A stretch of DNA of 64,000 bases, from positions 806,001 through 870,000 of the forward strand of contig CM035350.1 in assembly GCA_020137815.1 (NCBI GenBank), given 5' to 3'. The position numbers and the translations under genes were made by a program. Below, piece after piece: positions 62,544 to 64,000 of this stretch; position 1 is the first letter of the stretch; every line of letters starts with the position of its first letter. Below the pieces are notes generated by a model. That model was not told the DNA's origin and did not search any database. It saw only the letters and a list, made by a program, of their open reading frames with translations. The DNA is from Hormiphora californensis (Eukaryota > Animalia > Ctenophora).

Positions 62544-63884
62544 GGGGTCGAATGAAGCTGATAGGTAGAGAAACATGCCAGTAGTGGGGTGGATAGGTTT
62601 AGCGGTGTGGGTCACTCTACCAGGGAACAACAGGATATCTCCAACCTCAACATCTTCAACTGTACAGTTCTGCCGGTAGAACGAGAACCTCTCCTTCTCA
62701 CTGGGAAAGGAGGAGGATGTTAGAACTCGATAAACAAGATACAAGGGCATTGATTGAATGGGGACTGGTAACTAGGATTACGGTGATTGGTAATTAGAAT
62801 GGTAACTAGAATGGGATGACTAATAATTAGAACGATAACTATAGAACAGTGACATACTCTTCTTGGTAGGGGTTATTAAGAGGCATAATCAGCTGGTAGG
62901 CAGCAGGATTTCCAGTTAACTGTCGTGATCCTTCACTTCCCTCAACCTGATGAGATAATAAATAGGACTAGAAGGGAAACAAAACAAAACAAAACAAAGG
63001 AGGAAGGAAAGGGGCCGTACCTCGTGTATCCTCAGATCGTATAGTTTGTGTTTGGGTGTGTATTGATGGAATAGGTCACTGATCACATGAGTAGAAAGCC
63101 TCATTAACACATCAACCAATGTCGTGTTATAGGGAGTCTGTCTGAGGGACACAGGGAGGGTGTTTAGAATGAATTAGAGCATACTAACATCCAAATCAAC
63201 TCACTCTAAATCATATCCGGGGCGTTGATATTTCTCTGGTTTCTCCTGATATCCTACAATCTTAGAACCGAGGGCAGCCACCAGATCCTTTCCAAAGTTT
63301 TCCTTCAAAACACCGCTAGCTTTGTGGATGTGAGCACTACAGCTCGTCTTGACAAAATCTTCTGTCTTAGGAACCTGGAGAAGAAGTTGGATCAGAGGAC
63401 AAGAAGTTGTCGAATCAAAACTGGACATGTGTCAGGTTGCATGTGTGATAGGAACTGCGTGTGTGTAGAGTTTACCAGCGCGCGCACTATCACGTGACAC
63501 CCCCTCTTGTGAAGGGTTCAGAGATCGCGCGCGGCTCACTAACTCAACCCAACTGTGACAATGGGGCACAACATGTCTCTACGGAAAACATGGAATATGC
63601 CACGCACACAATTTTACCTTGAGTATGTACTTAGTTTCCCAGTCCTGTGTGGCATTCCTATAGAACAGGAGGTCATTAAGAGTTGACGGCTCTTTCAGCC
63701 AACCCCAGGGTCTCTCATTACTGAGAAACATTGGTACAGAGTGCTCGTGTAGAGATTTACACAGTGATATCTCAGGGTCAAAGTGGCTGCTGTCATACAC
63801 CTCCCAATCCCGCATAGAGAGAGCCACAGAACGGGTCACCAGGTACATATTACGGGTACAAGATACGGGGAATACACCACGGAC
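62532..63884 (-). CDS. PLOD: Procollagen lysyl hydroxylase (PLOD/LH)-like protein, 3' part (5' end beyond the window), with a degenerate catalytic site
   Basis: Exons 63884-63618, 63374-63205, 63141-63021, 62946-62858 and 62700-62532. DPEISLCKSLHEHSVPMFLSN..WGWL resembles PLOD DPDMA.C..LR..GIFMYLSN..FG.L. DWETKYI resembles DWKEQYI. FSFYRQNC..GDILLFPGRVTH..TTG..YLSASFDP resembles CRFLRYNC..GW.L.HPGRLTHYHEGLPTT.GTRYI.VSFVDP. Confidence 0.82.
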
Positions 63885-64000
63885 CTGAAATAGAAGGGAT
63901 GTTAGGGGTTAAAGCCAATAAAACACCTTTATTCAGCCTTGGTACCCTTGCTATTTCCCATCTCATTTCAAGGGTTTTACCCCAGACAAGCTCAAGGGGG

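Overview
Eukaryotic, intron-rich, microsatellite-rich genomic DNA. It is most likely from a ctenophore (Pleurobrachia/Hormiphora-like), judged from two perfect 43-nt copies of what I recall as the ctenophore spliced-leader (SL) and from splice acceptors sitting just upstream of most start codons. Genes: (1) a giant minus-strand type-I membrane protein of about 5,000 aa and about 50 exons (34609->11956): signal peptide, about 40-45 divergent Ig-like domains, sushi/CCP repeats, an SVEP1-like linker with Cys-rich ephrin-receptor-like repeats, a TM helix and a Tyr-x-Asn-rich tail; (2) a MICAL-like CH-LIM-bMERB gene (+, 37076-47190); (3) a 4-EF-hand calmodulin-like gene; (4) a tightly packed minus-strand trio PLOD-like -> LMBRD1 -> APMAP; (5) a small orphan membrane-anchored gene and an RRM fragment. 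Mobile DNA includes a TTAA-flanked Kolobok-type foldback, a TA-flanked Tc1/mariner-type foldback MITE and a TAA-flanked PIF/Harbinger MITE. The most striking observation is in two introns of the giant Ig gene, where the SL sequence is fused directly to a minimal (Penelope-type) hammerhead ribozyme core. The two stem II helices covary, and one copy has a target-site duplication, so these look like retrotransposed SL-trans-spliced ribozyme RNAs. The second highlight is that the PLOD homologue has lost the Fe/2-OG catalytic residues (a pseudoenzyme), and its stop codon is the first unit of an 11-bp minisatellite. Exon boundaries were assigned by eye and are approximate. Regions 7.3-8.7 kb and 39.6-41.9 kb look like low-quality long-read consensus.
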